From: Octopus vulgaris
Lineage: Eukaryota
Assembly: GCA_951406725.2 (NCBI GenBank)
Contig: OX597830.1
Span: forward strand, 40,176,001 to 40,240,000
Length of the DNA stretch: 64,000 nucleotides
Direction: 5' to 3'
In this document: one piece after another, positions 38,324-52,225 of the stretch
Layout of the letters: the number at the start of each line of letters is the position of its first letter
Numbering within the stretch: position 1 is the first letter of the stretch
Notes under the pieces: generated by a model
What the model was told of the DNA's origin: nothing
Databases searched by the model: none
The model's input: the letters and a program-made list of their open reading frames with translations, nothing else
Position numbers and translations under genes: made by a program

Positions 38324-38856
38324 GTGGTGATAATGATGTAAACATGGATGAACATGCTAAGTATTCAGCGAACAGTAAAAGAAAAAAAAAGGCATAAAAA
38401 CATTAAAAGAATGTGAAGATTTTGTTGTGAGGTGGGGGGAGGGGCCTAGGAGAAGATGGAGGTTACAAGGGAGGGTGAGAGTGGATAAAGAAAAGAAAGC
38501 AGAGAAAGAGAGATTGCAATATCTAATAAATAAACAGATGACATAGGGAGGAGGAGGAGGAGGAGGAGGAACGAGACATAAAGAGTGGGGGGGTGGGCAA
38601 AGAAATCAATTGAATTAAGTGCCATATAGAAATAGATGTGTAAATAAGAGCTGAACAGGCAAGGTGGTGGTGGTGGTGGTGGTGGTGGTGGTGGTGGTGT
38701 TGGTGGTATAATGGAATCAGTAGAAGTTGTGTTGCTGTGGCAGTAGGCGATAATGATGATGATGATGATGATGATGATAATGGTGATGGATGGTAAGCTT
38801 CCATTCTCGGATATATCTATAGAAACCATCAGTCAGATTAACAGAATTTATAACCA

Positions 38857-39087
38857 TCAAAATGTCTGACACGGTGGCGATGACAATGGTAACGACATTA
38901 ATGACATTAACGATGATTGCACTGACGGTAATGATGACAACGAATGATGCAATGATGGCGGAGACGGTGAGTGAGGTGGGGCGGCAGGGGGGGATAAGGA
39001 TGACAAACAGAGACGATCATGAAAAGAGTGGGCGATGAATGACGAGAGATGAGAACGACAAAGGTGATGCTGAAAATGTGATGAAGA
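38857..39087 (-). CDS. Candidate terminal exon of unknown gene (SSSHFQHHLCRSHL...SPPCQTF*)
   Basis: Poly-T acceptor ttttgtcacaacag|TCT TCA; phase 0, open for 76 codons to TGA; CpG-retaining unique sequence. Low complexity, no homology recognised. Confidence 0.25.
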   Translation of the reverse strand, partial: SSSHFQHHLCRSHLSSFIAHSFHDRLCLSSLSPPAAPPHSPSPPSLHHSLSSLPSVQSSLMSLMSLPLSSPPCQTF

Positions 39088-39510
39088 CTGTTGTGACAAA
39101 AAAAAACCCAAAAAAACATACTTAAATAAAGCCCATTATTCATATTAACTTTGCATTTTTTTTCTTTTTTAAATACCTCAAAATCATAAAAAAATACAAG
39201 GGTTGGCTGTGATACTGACGAGGTGACAGTGGTGGTGTTGGGGGTAGTTTTAAACAGGTGCAAACTACTCACACACACACACCCCACAAACCTACCCACC
39301 ACCATCACCAAATGAAATCACTGATTTAGGTGGTGTTCAGGTCTGCCAGATTAAGCAACAGGTAGTCGATGTGCTACATTTATGACTGCACGTTGCTGTC
39401 GTTGCAATGTGGATGTCTTGCTAATTAAAAATTTTAATTTCCAAAAGTAAGAAAGCTGCTGATTACCATTAAAATCGATAAGTAAATTAGAAGTAACCCT
39501 CAGGCAATAC

Positions 39511-39556
<46 letters not shown>

Positions 39557-39768
39557 GATACACAGACTCACAAGCACACACATATGTGCTTGAAAAGCTG
39601 GAAACAGCAAAAAAGCTAATACAAAAACTTCCTTCGATCAGGTGTGTGTTTATTTCTACTTTTAAGAGATTTTTTTTCACTTATTGCTATGATAATTAAT
39701 AATTTTAATTTAAGAAATTCATTTTTCCAATACTGTGACTGCATCAAGTAATTATCTAGAAACTTATA

Positions 39769-39819
<51 letters not shown>

Positions 39820-39821
<2 letters not shown>

Positions 39822-40152
39822 CGGAGATGTACTCGCATAGCAAGTAATTTGATCTGAGATCGTGTGCTGAAACGAAAACAATTGCAGCGTGGAAGGTGTT
39901 TATAAGCCATTTAAGAAACACACAAAAGCCGTTCGATTCACTTCAACATTTAAGTTTAATTTGTCAAAATATTTTTGTCGCTAAAATCCGCAACCTGTTC
40001 ACAGACAGCAGCATAGATTTTTGTCAGTGAACAGGTCGCGGATTTTAGCGACGAAAATATTTTGACAAATTAAACTTAAATGTTGGAGTGAATCGAACGG
40101 CTTTTGTGTGTTTCTTAAATGGCTTATAAACACCTTCCACGCTGCAATTGTT
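39820..40152. mobile_element. Fold-back element in (TA)n, probable non-autonomous Penelope-like pLTR pair
   Basis: Arms of ~130 bp (39877-40007 / 40022-40152), one-sided ~57 bp extension, hammerhead fold in the arms, (TA)n on both flanks. Confidence 0.7.
40020..40069 (+). ncRNA. Minimal type I hammerhead ribozyme fold with G3:C8 core variant
   Basis: Stem I TTTGTCA/TGACAAA; core GTGAACA; extra G; stem II GTCGC/GCGAC; GAAA; palindromic ATAT; UU at the cleavage site. Confidence 0.6.
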
Positions 40153-41404
40153 ATATATATATATATATATATAGTAGAAATATGTTACGAAAAGAAAATA
40201 TAAAATACACATGGAAATGTAAGGGTAAAATATGAAAAATCAACGAAAATGCATATTGTAGATATAAAAAGGCTATTTATGACAGGTAGTGACAAATATA
40301 TACATTTAGATTGACTGAGGTAGTAATACGAGTCTCTTTAGCAAAGTGTTTCTAATCTTGCAGGCTCATGGATGGCAGTGCTAAGTAAAAAACACTCACA
40401 CCAGTGCCACATTAAGGGACTCATGCCAGTGCTGTGTAAAATCACCCAGTAAACTCTGTACTGTGGTTGGCATTAGGAAGGGCATCCAGCCATAGAAACC
40501 GTGCCAAAACAGACTTGGAGCCCAGGAAGCTCTCCAGCTGACCAGCTCCTGTCAGATCATCCAACCCATGCCAGCATGGAAAACAGACAATAAATTATGA
40601 TGATGATGACAAAGATGATATATATACACATATATATAAGAATATATAAACATATATATACTCTTTTGCTCATTTCAATCATTTGGCTGCAGCCATGCTG
40701 GAGCACTACCTTTAGTCGAAGAAATCAACCCCAGGACTTATTCTTTGTAAGCCAGGTACTTATTCTATTGATCTCTTCTGCCAAACCCCTAGGTCACAGG
40801 GACGTAAACACACCAACATCGGTTGTCAAGCAATGGTGGGGAACAAACACAGGCACAAAAATAAATACATATATATATGATGGGCTTCTTTCAGTTTGTC
40901 GACCAAATCCACTCAACAAGGCTCTGGTCGGTCCGAGGCTATAGTAGAAGACACTTACCCAAGGTACCAAACAGTGGGACTGAACCCGAAACCATGTGGT
41001 TGGGAAGCAAGCTTCTTATCACACAGCCACTCCTGCGCCTATATATATATATATATATATACATGCATTTAATAAAACCACTCACTCTGTCTCCCTCACT
41101 TACTCAGTCCTACTTTCAAAATCGAGCATGCTTTGTTGTTGCTCACCACTCACAACTGTCAAAAGCATTTGTTAAATTCTGCAATATGAAAGTTATTTGT
41201 TGTTTGCTAAATAGTCCTCTTGCAGCTGTCTCACCAGAAATATAAATTTTATGCAACTGCTGCTGATTGTGATAATGATAACAATAACAACAACAAAGAA
41301 TTAGATCAAGGACAGATTCACAAATATTTGTGAATCAATGAACTCAGCAGATAAACTACAAGAAAGGGAAGCATTTTAAAAATGTTACTGATACATTAAC
41401 AATC

Positions 41405-41775
41405 TAAAGCAATGAAGCTAAATGCTGGTGGTCGAGTGACTAAATGCATTTCTAAGTGTAGTTTAGGAATAAAGGCTTTTAGTTCAAATCCACAACTTCT
41501 CCACGTTGGGGGGGTCACCGCTCTGGTACTATGGCCATGCGATTAGAATGTCACAGGACTGAATCGCAAGATGGATTCTTCAAGCTGAGCCACTTGGCAG
41601 GAGACCTAAAGGGAAAAAGCAGGAATGAGATTGTTGGATAATATCTATAGTTGCAGTTTGTCATGCTTGGAAAGCTGGGAAATGTAAAGATGGTTGTTTC
41701 TGATAGGAGCACATGGAGGAGATGCCTAATGACACTACCTCCATGATCCTCCCTGGAATAGTAAGCAGAGAAGAT
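41405..41775 (+). mobile_element. Decayed element with tRNA-like head and RTE-like 3' end
   Basis: A/B-box-like head (tggtcgagtgactaa..gttcaaatcc), then decayed WYYGHAIRM...GRRPKG...SDRSTWRRCL. Confidence 0.5.
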
Positions 41776-43113
41776 GGATGACTGGGTAGTTTAAACCCAG
41801 TCAGGTAACACAATATATATCAAAGGATAAAACATTTCATGGCAATGTATGTATTAAAACAGTTTTCATCCTTAAAGATGCAGTAAACAGGCTGAAATTT
41901 TTTCATTGATGCTGTTCTGATGGTATTCTTCAGTTATAATTAAAATACATTCAAATGGGAGTCAATTAAATTCATGAGGATATATTGAAGTGGGAGGAAT
42001 ACAATTTTAATTGCACAACACAAGAACAGAATTTTTTTTGACTTCTGGTAAAACATCCATTTCCCTTGTGTAAAGATTATTTGCCAACATAACATGGCAG
42101 TCCTGGTTTAGGACGAATGTTGCTGCAATTTAGCCCCAGGAGACATCGTCTCCAGCTGGCTATACGACATGATCTGTGTCCTTATATTTTTGAACAAGGG
42201 CATTTAGCACCCTCACTCAGCTCAAAACAATATCTGTGTATTGCGATTTTTGGGTTATTTCTCTTCATCAGCACAGAATAATTGTTCGGCTAGAGGTGGC
42301 ACTGCCAAATTCCCGTTCGATTCCATTTCCCTTGCTAACATGTTTTTGTTTTCTGTTTGTTTGTTTTTTTTTTTGTCTTTTGAATTTAAATATTTGCATA
42401 ATGTTGGCAACAACTGTTTTGTAAAGCTTTTAACTTTCAAGTAGGAGTATAACAATTTTTTCATGGTTTATCAACCAGTAAAACTGAAACAAACAGAATT
42501 GGTAATAGACGGAATCTGAAGCAGTAAATTAGAATCAAAACACTAATAAGAGTAGGAACGGATGTGTGGATACAGAGTTTGTTTCCGAACCATGTGGGTG
42601 CAAGTTCTATTCCACAGCATAGAACCTTGCGTAAGTGCCTTCCACTGTAGAATTGAGTTAACCAATGCCTCATGAATGGAATTGGTTTAAATAACATTAT
42701 GAAGATGGGAATTGATAATATGGAGGAGGAAGATGTAGTGATGAAGGGTGCTGTTAATTATACTGTAATTAGATTAACCACTACTTGATTGCTAATAACA
42801 TTAACGATTAGCACGCTGAAGTCACATCATGTTGCTGTATGAGTTTTCTCCCCTTTTCATGTGACACAATGCACCTGCAGCTACAGGGCATGCTAAAGGT
42901 TAATCCCGGTCACTCCACACTAACTAAATATTTTGTTACTAAATAAGTGTAGGTCACTAAGATCTTGCTTGTAATCTACAGTTTCCATTGGATGTGGATC
43001 TCTGGACTACTTGCATAAATTAGAAACATTTGCAGCAAGGAGCTCAACAAATTGCAGAGATACTCAGAGATAGTTTTGGACAACAAAAATGAGATGACAG
43101 TAAACTTCATTAC

Positions 43114-43178
43114 CAGGTAGTAATAATGATGAGGAATAGGAGCGGGAGAAGAAGCTGATGTTTCCACAGCAGCCAAAA
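43114..43178 (-). CDS. Candidate coding exon of unknown gene (LAAVETSASSPAPIPHHYYYL)
   Basis: ttttccag|TT TTG GCT...TAC CTG|gtaatg; 65 nt, open, ends phase 0, unique sequence. No homology recognised. Confidence 0.3.
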
Positions 43179-46162
43179 CTGGAAAAATATGGAAGACAAA
43201 GATGCTTTCAATGTATATCATCTTCAAAAGAAAACCAACAAGTGTTTTATCGATTTTGTCATTTCCCTTCCAATAAATACAGCAAATGAGACAAAATACA
43301 TTAGATTCTTAAAAGCTAAGTAGTTGTTTTAGCAAAGATTATCTTACAAAATGTGTTAAGTTCCATAAACTACTGCATTATAAGGACTTCATATTAATGT
43401 GCCCCTTATAGCACAGTGGATCATCCAAGCCAGGCACACTGATAACAGAGTTTCGGCAAACTGTAACTAAGTTATCAGCCCCATACAGAACTTTGCTTTC
43501 CACGAAGATCCTGAGCAGACCATTAAGGTCTTAAGTGCCCTGAAGTAGGCACCTAAGACATACCTAGTCAATTATTTTCCCCCAAACAAGTGAAGAAAGA
43601 GCCACTGGAAAGCGACACACACACCTGCCTGGACTCAAACAGCATATACCCATCCTAATCCAAACAATTCATTGGAATTGTGACTTTGTTGCCAAATTGT
43701 GTCTCTGGTGCTCACTGCCATCAAAAGCCATTCATTCTTTCATGTCTATGAGAACACACCTAAGCTCTGACATTGCAACTTCTGCCCCTACTTCCTCTCC
43801 CCCCACAGGTCAACAGGGTAGAACAAGGATGCAGTGATGTTAATGACATTTTTCTAATTAACTAAGAGCTGGAAGAAGGAAAACTTAAGTTGCTACTTAT
43901 AACAATTAAGGTAAATTGAAGTTATATTGACTTCTATAGAAAGTGACTTGCAGAAAAAATAAAAACCCATTTATTCTTTATATTTTGAAGTGTATTTTTT
44001 TTTTGTCGGTTTTTTTTCTGCTGTTTTTGAGTATTTTTGTTTTCGTATTTTTCCTTGCATAAGAGAATGGTGAGAAGGCTTTTACGTAACTATAAAACCT
44101 GCATAAAAGTTGATATTCTAAATGCTTCAATTTAAACAATTAAAAAAAAAAAAGAGAGAAATTAATGCAAATGGATGTTTCTTTAAAGCACCTCATGGTG
44201 GTATTAGACATTTCTTGTCAAGCAGCAATGAATATGAAAAAAGAAGGTTATGGTTTAGTTTGAGTGCTTAGCATATTTAATGTAATGAGCATCACAAATC
44301 TAGTTTAAAACACTTCTGTACTGAAGAAAAAACATTAGTTCGATGACTAAATTAATTTCAATGTTTTGTTTCTTGACAATTAAGGGAGACAATCTTAAGC
44401 ATCGTTTCTATCTTATTACACCTCTTCAGTAAGATACAGGTATAAAATATTAAGAAGGAGTAAGCATGAAAATTAGTCTATTTGAAAAAGAAATAATAAG
44501 AAGTCACTGAGGTTAATTACTTAGTCCCTGTCTGCATGAAAAATAATATTTAAGTTAGTGTTAGCATATTCTATGCAGTGAGCATCAAAAATCTAAATCA
44601 GCTAACTCGTTCAGAAAACAAACCTAATATTATATTTGTCTTTGTCTAGGGAAAATTCACACAATAATCTTGTGTATTAAAAGACACCAAGGAATTCATA
44701 AATGGACTGATTACATGCTGCTCTCAGTCTCTCTCTCTCTCTTTCTCTCTCTCTCTGCTGCTTGCCATTAAACCTAAAATAGCTAGGGTAGTGGGTTATG
44801 TCTGTCCCCCCAAAGCAACAAGGACCATCTAGTTATCATTAAGGATAACTAGTGAATTGCACAGTAGCTGTGTTTAAAAGTGAAGACGATATGCATACCA
44901 TCAACCTCTCTCTCTCTCTCTCTCATCTGTGATCATCTTCAATCCAGTGGCAAGACCAGGTCAAGACGACTGAGGATGGAAACAGATGCAATAGATGACC
45001 AAGACGTCTTATTTGTCCCACCTTGCTCTCTGCCCCCCACAATGCATTGCTGTAGCCTCCTCCTCCACCCACCTCCCTGTTGAATCATGAAGTTTCTTTC
45101 GCAGGTCATCCTTCAGTACTTCATCTCAGTACTGAAGGATGGACCTCAGGATGCTTAACTTTCAGGCAAGATGACAAAGGACCGAGATGCGTGGCGCCTT
45201 GTTGTACTCAAGAAGACCCATGCTCCACAGCAGAAGTGTTATCGCCAGTCCCCACTGGTGGAGAGGATTGGTCTGCAAGAGTCCTGTACTGGTGCCACAT
45301 AAGAAGCACTCATGTTGGTGCCACGTAAAAGCACTCAGCACACTCTGTAAAGTGGTTGGCATTAGGAAGGGCATCCAGTGGCAGAAACCATGCCAAATCA
45401 GACTGGAACCTGATGCAGCTCTCCAGCTTGGTAGCTCTGGTCAAACTGTCCAATCCATGTCAGCATGGTCAACAGACATTAAATGATGATGATGAGAGTT
45501 TGCCAGACCCAGTTTTCACATGCACAGGTAGGCAAGTCCTAATATTGCTAACTAACCCATAGCTGGGACCGTGACAGGTGCTACTAGACTAGGCCATAGC
45601 AAACCTGGGAATAACAGTGACTAAGAGGTGGTTCTACAGGCTTCAAAACCCCCAGAAGCCCTGGACCAGGGCCCCCTTTAATAGATGCAGTTTAAAATTT
45701 TATCCAGGATCGGAATACAGTGAAAGTGAAACGGAGATATTCATGCATGGCCCAGGACTATGAAGTGAAATAACTACAAGCAAGAATCAGAACTTGACAG
45801 CAGGTATTGTTTACAGGGAGCTTACCTGGTCATATAGATTAGTGTCCAAAGGTAAAAAAAAAAAGAGTTCAAGGAGGTGGGGCAGTGCCCATAGCCTTTC
45901 CAGGTTCCCCCGAACTAGTTTAGGTGATGTTGAGTTAAAATTTTTCATGTTCACTGATAAGAAAATGGAAACAAGAAAATAGTTCCAGACGATTGCAATT
46001 CTAAAATAAGAATGTATTTAGTGCAGGCATGACTGAGGGTAAGTTTTCTTCCCAATGACATAGCCCCAGGTTCAGCCCCACCGCATGTCACCTTGGGCAA
46101 GTGTCTTCTACTATAGCCCTGGGCCAACTAAAGTTTTGTGAGTGGAGTTGGCAGCCCATCAT

Positions 46163-46193
<31 letters not shown>

Positions 46194-46411
46194 AACAATT
46201 GCAGCATGGAAGGTGTTTATAAGCCATTTAAGAAACACACAAAAACCATTAGATTCACTTCAACATTTAAATTTAATTCGCCAAAATATTTTCGTCACTT
46301 TGAGACTGCAATCTGTTCACTGACAAAATGCATCACCTTCAATGCTGCAATTGTTTTCATTCCAGCACACGATCTCAGATCAGGTCACTCGCTATGCAAG
46401 TACATCTCCGT

Positions 46412-46412
<1 letters not shown>
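46194..46412. mobile_element. Second copy of the 39820 fold-back family (internally deleted)
   Basis: Same aacaattgcagc..gaaggtg termini and same ..gatctcagatc..catctccg extension; hammerhead variant on minus strand at 46277-46327; (TA)n flanks. Confidence 0.7.
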
Positions 46413-46438
<26 letters not shown>

Positions 46439-46442
<4 letters not shown>

Positions 46443-46694
46443 TCAAAGAAAACAGAAAATGGAGAAGTACAGATGAACAACAATTGTTGTTCATCAATAC
46501 TTCTCCATTTTCTGTTTTCTCTAAATTTTGATTCTTGATAAACCCATGTTTATCCTTATCTTTACTTATAATTTATGAACATAATATGTTTGCATATGTA
46601 TGCCCATGGTTAAATATAGGTAATATACCGGTAGTGTAATGGATACTTTCTATCCCTTAGACTGTTATTTTAACCTCTATCTCAACTAACCTCT
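46439..46694. mobile_element. Asymmetric palindromic element in (TA)n (different family)
   Basis: 45-bp arms with no loop (46439-46483 / 46484-46528, about 4 mismatches) plus a ~165 bp one-sided extension. Confidence 0.55.
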
Positions 46695-49513
46695 ATATAT
46701 ATATATCTATTTCTTTACTACCCACAAGGGGCTAAACACAGAGAGGACAAACAAGGACAGACAAACGGATTAAGCCGATTATATTGACCCCAGTGCGTAA
46801 CTGGTACTTAATTTATCGACCATGAAAGGATGAAAGGCAAAGTCGACCTCGGTGGAATTTGAACTTAGAACGTAACGACAGACGAAATACTGCTAAGCAT
46901 TTCATCCGGCGTGCTAACGTTTCTGCCAGCTCGCCGCTATATATATATATCATATATATATATCATCATCATCATCGTTTAACGTCCGTTTTCCATGCTA
47001 GCACAGGTTGGACGGTTCGACCGGGGTCTGGGAAGCCAGGAGGCTGCACCGGGCTCCAGTCTGATCTGGCAGTGTTTCTACAGCTGGATGCCCCTCCTAA
47101 CGCCAACCACTCCGTGAGTGTAGTGGGTGCTTTTTACATGCCACCGGCACAGGTGCCAGGGGAGTCTGGCAGCGGCCACTACTGGTGCCATGTAAAAAGC
47201 TCTGGTGCTAGCACCATTTAAAGAGCACCCAGTACACTCTGCAAAGTGGTTGGCATTAGGAAGGGCATCCAGGTGCAGAAACCAACCCAAAACAAACTAT
47301 GGAACCTGATGTGGCTCCTTGCCTTAGCACCTCCTGTCAAACTGTCCGAACCACGCCAGCATGGAAAATATATGTTAAATGATGATGATGATGATGATGA
47401 TGATATATGGGGGTGGTGTAGAAATATACTTCCACATCTTCCTCTTTCTTTTGGGTTTTTTCCAGTAAGTGTCAGTAATTTATTACCGATATCATTATTA
47501 ATGTTGTTATGAAGTGGTTGTTTGTTTTTCCTTTTTGTTTTTGTTTTGTTTGTTTTTTTTTTTGTGGGGAGGAAGGTTACATATGTAAAAATGTTTACTG
47601 GGAAAAGTAAAAACAAAAAAGAAAAACAGAAAGAGTTTTGCTGTGCAATATTTTAGTTGTATACTGTTGAGGAATGTCATAACACATGTCAACCTTGTCT
47701 AAAAGTAGAGATGACAATGGCAGCAAAGCACCACACTAGATGCTTTACTTCAACTGTCTGTCTTTACCCCTTCAAGTGGCAAGTAGCACTAAAAGGCCCG
47801 AGTCAATAAGAACCCCACCACTGCCAACACCACCTATCCATTAGACAATGAAGCAAAGAGAAAATCTCTGTATGGTCACTCAACCTGCTAGAAATAACAG
47901 CCACATTTCTCTTAGATTACACTCTACTTATCTATAAAAAGAAAATCAAAGGACATATTGGATGATATCTAGTTAAGGAACACTGTGCCAAGAGGGAACA
48001 AAAAAATTGGAATGGTCACAGCTGGAAAGTTCTTGATCAGATGTTTGCATAATTGGGGCCAATTTGGAGCTAAATAGCATCAAGAGAGGAAAAGTGAATC
48101 CATATCTTACAACCTGTTACCAGAAGACTTTTTGCGTATATGATCAATACATTTAACTCCCATACTGTCAAAGTCTTGTCTCCAGTCTACAGAGCCATTA
48201 AGTCAAAATTTATCCAGATTTTCATGGCTTTTAAGCAACTGTGACTACAGGATTTCCACCTGAGCATGAACAAGGCTATCAAAAGGTTAACCTCCACAGG
48301 TGACACAAGTATTTTATTTACAACTGAAGGGACTGAAGCAAAGTGGATGAAGTGCCTTGCTCAAGGCCATGACTTTCAATACCCTACCCAGTTCAAGAAT
48401 CGAACCCACAACCTACCAAATGTGAACCCAATGCCCTAACCACAATGTCATGTGCTTTTACATACACTACACCTAGTAAAGAATAAGTGGATGGAATAGC
48501 TATAGCTGGGAATGAATTTTTGAGGGGAGGGGGTTAAGCAACAAGGAGAGGGTGAATCTATGTTTCACATCCTATCACCAGAAGAATGCTGTGTACATAA
48601 CGGATAAAATTAACTGCAAAAGCTAAGAATAATTAACAAACAGAAACTTATGGTTAACCATGGTAAGTAGGGGGCCACTATGTAACTGATGAGTGTTTCA
48701 GGAGTTTGTTGCATACAGTTGAAATCCTAATACAGTAACATATTAGTATTGGCACCCTCATCATGGTTGTTATAGTCACTACATTTTGACCATTACACTC
48801 TCTGGCCTTCATTAGGTGTCCAAGAGATTAAATAATGGTCTTGGAATCTTGAACTAAGCTCTAGTAAATGCACAGGGGCAGACTGTTCTCAGTCCATTTA
48901 CCATTCTAGTTCTTCTATTTGTGATACAGCCTGACTGATCCAGGGACTGAACTTCTGCCCACTGGCTAAACTACTACACTTAATCAACACTTGCAATCAC
49001 TATCCCATTATCCTACAGGTCATCATTTAACATCCATTTTTCCATGCTTGCATATGGAATTTACTAGGACAGATTTACTAGGACAGAATTTACTAGGACA
49101 GATTTTTCTACAGCTGGATGCCCTTCCTGCTGCCAACCCTCACCTGTTTCCAAGCAAACTGATATTTTCGCATGGGCAGACATGTTTTCCAAGCAAGACT
49201 AGAAATGAACAAACTTGTATGACAATGATGCTCATGTACAACAATGACATGGTGCCTAGACAAGAGTACACACACACACACAAACATGCACTGAGGAAAA
49301 AAAAACAACAGGTGGTGACCTACTTTTGAAATATGTACAATTATCGAATCTCAGTACTTAAATTAACATTCTACCCTAAGCTCTAATGTATAGAGTTCTT
49401 CCTTGTTTGAATGATCTTAATCACCTGATTAAGGAAATTCATATATACCTACACATATGTATATGCGTATATACACATATGTATACATATATATCATATT
49501 ATATTATATATAT

Positions 49514-49555
<42 letters not shown>

Positions 49556-49644
49556 AGTCTCTCCAAACACAACAGTATATTACACGAACTCACATAAGAA
49601 TCTAAACCAAATCCAAATAAATATATTGTGTTTTTTTTTTTTTT

Positions 49645-49678
<34 letters not shown>

Positions 49679-49745
49679 GCATATATATACACATGTAGGT
49701 ATATATACACACACACACACATGTATGCATGTGTGTGTGTGTGTG

Positions 49746-49796
<51 letters not shown>

Positions 49797-50002
49797 CATG
49801 TGTGTGTGTGTGTGTATTTCTAGTTAAAGAATAATAAATATGTACTCCACAAAACTTATTGAGTAATCCTTCAGCTTAACACAAAGCATGATGGGCCATG
49901 ATTGTCAGGCACAGGTCGACAGGCCACGATTGTGGCCCAGATAGATGCATTTAATCAGAGGAGAATTGAAACTTTCATGTTCTCTCAAAGTCAGTAACAG
50001 TT

Positions 50003-50062
<60 letters not shown>

Positions 50063-51191
50063 TTTATCGCCTAACACCATTTAGAATTTAAACCAACCAA
50101 ATCCAGCCCAGATACTTACTCTACTTGTTTTACATTCAAACTAGCCAGATCTGACCTCTTACACCAATCCTACAACATCATTCTGAAAATAAGCAATCAC
50201 ATCATTACAATCTCGAAGTTACAAAGTGATGCATGAATAACTGAAAACGATGTGAAAGAAAAAGCGTTACATTCGGCAGAGTAATCTGAATGCTAAAGAC
50301 ATGGGTCCAGGGTTTAAAACACATCAGAGGCTTACAACACTCCATCATGGCTCTGGTATTGATGGCTTAAGAAGACTATAATGAACTTAAATCAAACAAC
50401 TTTAACCATTGTTGACTAGGCACAGGAATGGCTGAGTGGTATGTAGCTTACTTACCAACCACATGGTTCCGGGTTCAGTCCCACTGCATGGCACCTTGGG
50501 CAAGTGTTTTCTACTCCAGCATTGCTTGACAACCGATGCTGGTGTGTTTACATCCCTATAACTTAGTGGTTCCGCAAAACAGACCAATACAATAAGTAGT
50601 AGGCTTACAAAGAATAAGTCCTGGGGTCGATTTGTTCGACGAAAAGGCGACGCTTCAGCATGGCTACAGTCAAATGACTGAAACATATAAAATAAAAGAA
50701 TATAAAAATATCTCATTCGTTTCTAGCTAGTACAATTATACTACAAAACTACAATTGCACCAGCTTAACTACTGACACCCAGGGACATTCTCAGCGCCAA
50801 ATATACAGTATAAAGTAGGATGCATTGAGTTCTAGTTCAATAGTCTTCATTGTTAGAGTTTCTTTGTTTTACTCATTTTCTTTTGTTTCCTTTTTGTTTT
50901 TGGTTGGAGTTTTGTTTCTTTCATAATTGATTTTTAAATCAAGAGATTTCTTTTATCCATAATATCAATAAAAACATGGCTAGGATGATCTTATGACTAG
51001 ATATCCTACATGACGCTCTACTTTTTTTTTTTTATATTTTTATAAATATTTTTCTATAGCAGCAGCAGCAGCAGTGATGGCATCGATTTACTTATTAGAC
51101 TCATCATTTTCAGGTTTCTATTTAAATACAAGTTTGATGGTCAAAACAGTTCATATTGCTATTATGTTGTTTGCTGTGTGTGATAGCAATG

Positions 51192-51232
<41 letters not shown>

Positions 51233-51345
51233 ATATATATATATATTGGACCCTGGTGCAGCCTTCTGGCTCGCCAGTCCTCAGTCAAACCATCCAACCC
51301 ATGCCAGTATGGAAAGCGGATGTTAAACGACGACGATGCCGATGA

Positions 51346-51417
<72 letters not shown>

Positions 51418-51427
51418 ATATATATAT

Positions 51428-51640
51428 ATACATGTGTATATTCAAAGGCAAGACCGCTAGGTAGTCGGCCGTATGCTAGAAATAGATCACCAACGATCTA
51501 TTTCTAACATACAGCCGACTACCTAGCGGTCTTGCCCTTTGAATATACACATGTATTAGAATTTTCTCTGATTTTTCAGATTTTTGTATGCTAGGCTACT
51601 GGTTTTAAATTAATATTAATTTATCTCCTTCATTATTTAT
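51428..51640. mobile_element. Asymmetric palindromic element in (TA)n (third family)
   Basis: ~61-bp arms (51428-51488 / 51495-51556), loop accaac, ~80 bp one-sided extension. Confidence 0.6.
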
Positions 51641-51769
51641 ATATATATAATATATTTATATATATGTCCAGGCAGGACAAGTGAGCCCAGCCCACTTATG
51701 AATGCCTTTCCTCCCTTGGACACAAAGACCGGTTGAGGCAAGCGAAGTCGATATAGAACCTCATCCGAC

Positions 51770-52225
51770 GACAGACACCCATGCCAACCCCCATGCTTGC
51801 GAAGACATGTTGGGGCAAGCGAAATCGAAATCGAAACCGAATTGAACCAGCCAGGATCCCTGGCCTGGTGGTACGTAAAAAGCACTATCCGACTCGTGGC
51901 CGTGGCACGTAAAATACTCCAATGCGACCGTACGACAGGCACCCATGCCAACCCCCTTTGCTTGTGAAGACATGTTGGGGCAAGCGAAATCGAAATCGAA
52001 TTGAACCAGCCAGGATCCCTGGTCTGATGGTACGTAAAAAGCACTATCCGACTCGTGGCCGTGGCACGTAAAATACTCCAATGCGACCGTACGACAGGCA
52101 CCCTTGCCAACCCCCTTTGCTTGTGAAGACATGTTGGGGCAAGCGAAATCGAAATCGAATTGAACCAGCCAGGATCCCTGGTCTGGTGGTACGTAAAAAG
52201 CACTATCCGACTCGTGGCCGATGCC
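51770..52225. repeat. ~160 bp tandem triplication inside a family B copy
   Basis: Units start caccc(a/t)tgccaaccccc at ~51776, ~51940 and ~52099. Confidence 0.85.

Noticed and set aside
42288-42304. CTCF-like AGGTGGCAC
   Set aside because: The 5' half of the consensus does not match.
48680-48740. CTGATGA...GAAA hammerhead candidate
   Set aside because: No stem II closing next to GAAA and a poor stem III. CTGATGA at 14883 and 18497 have a following stem but no GAAA after it.
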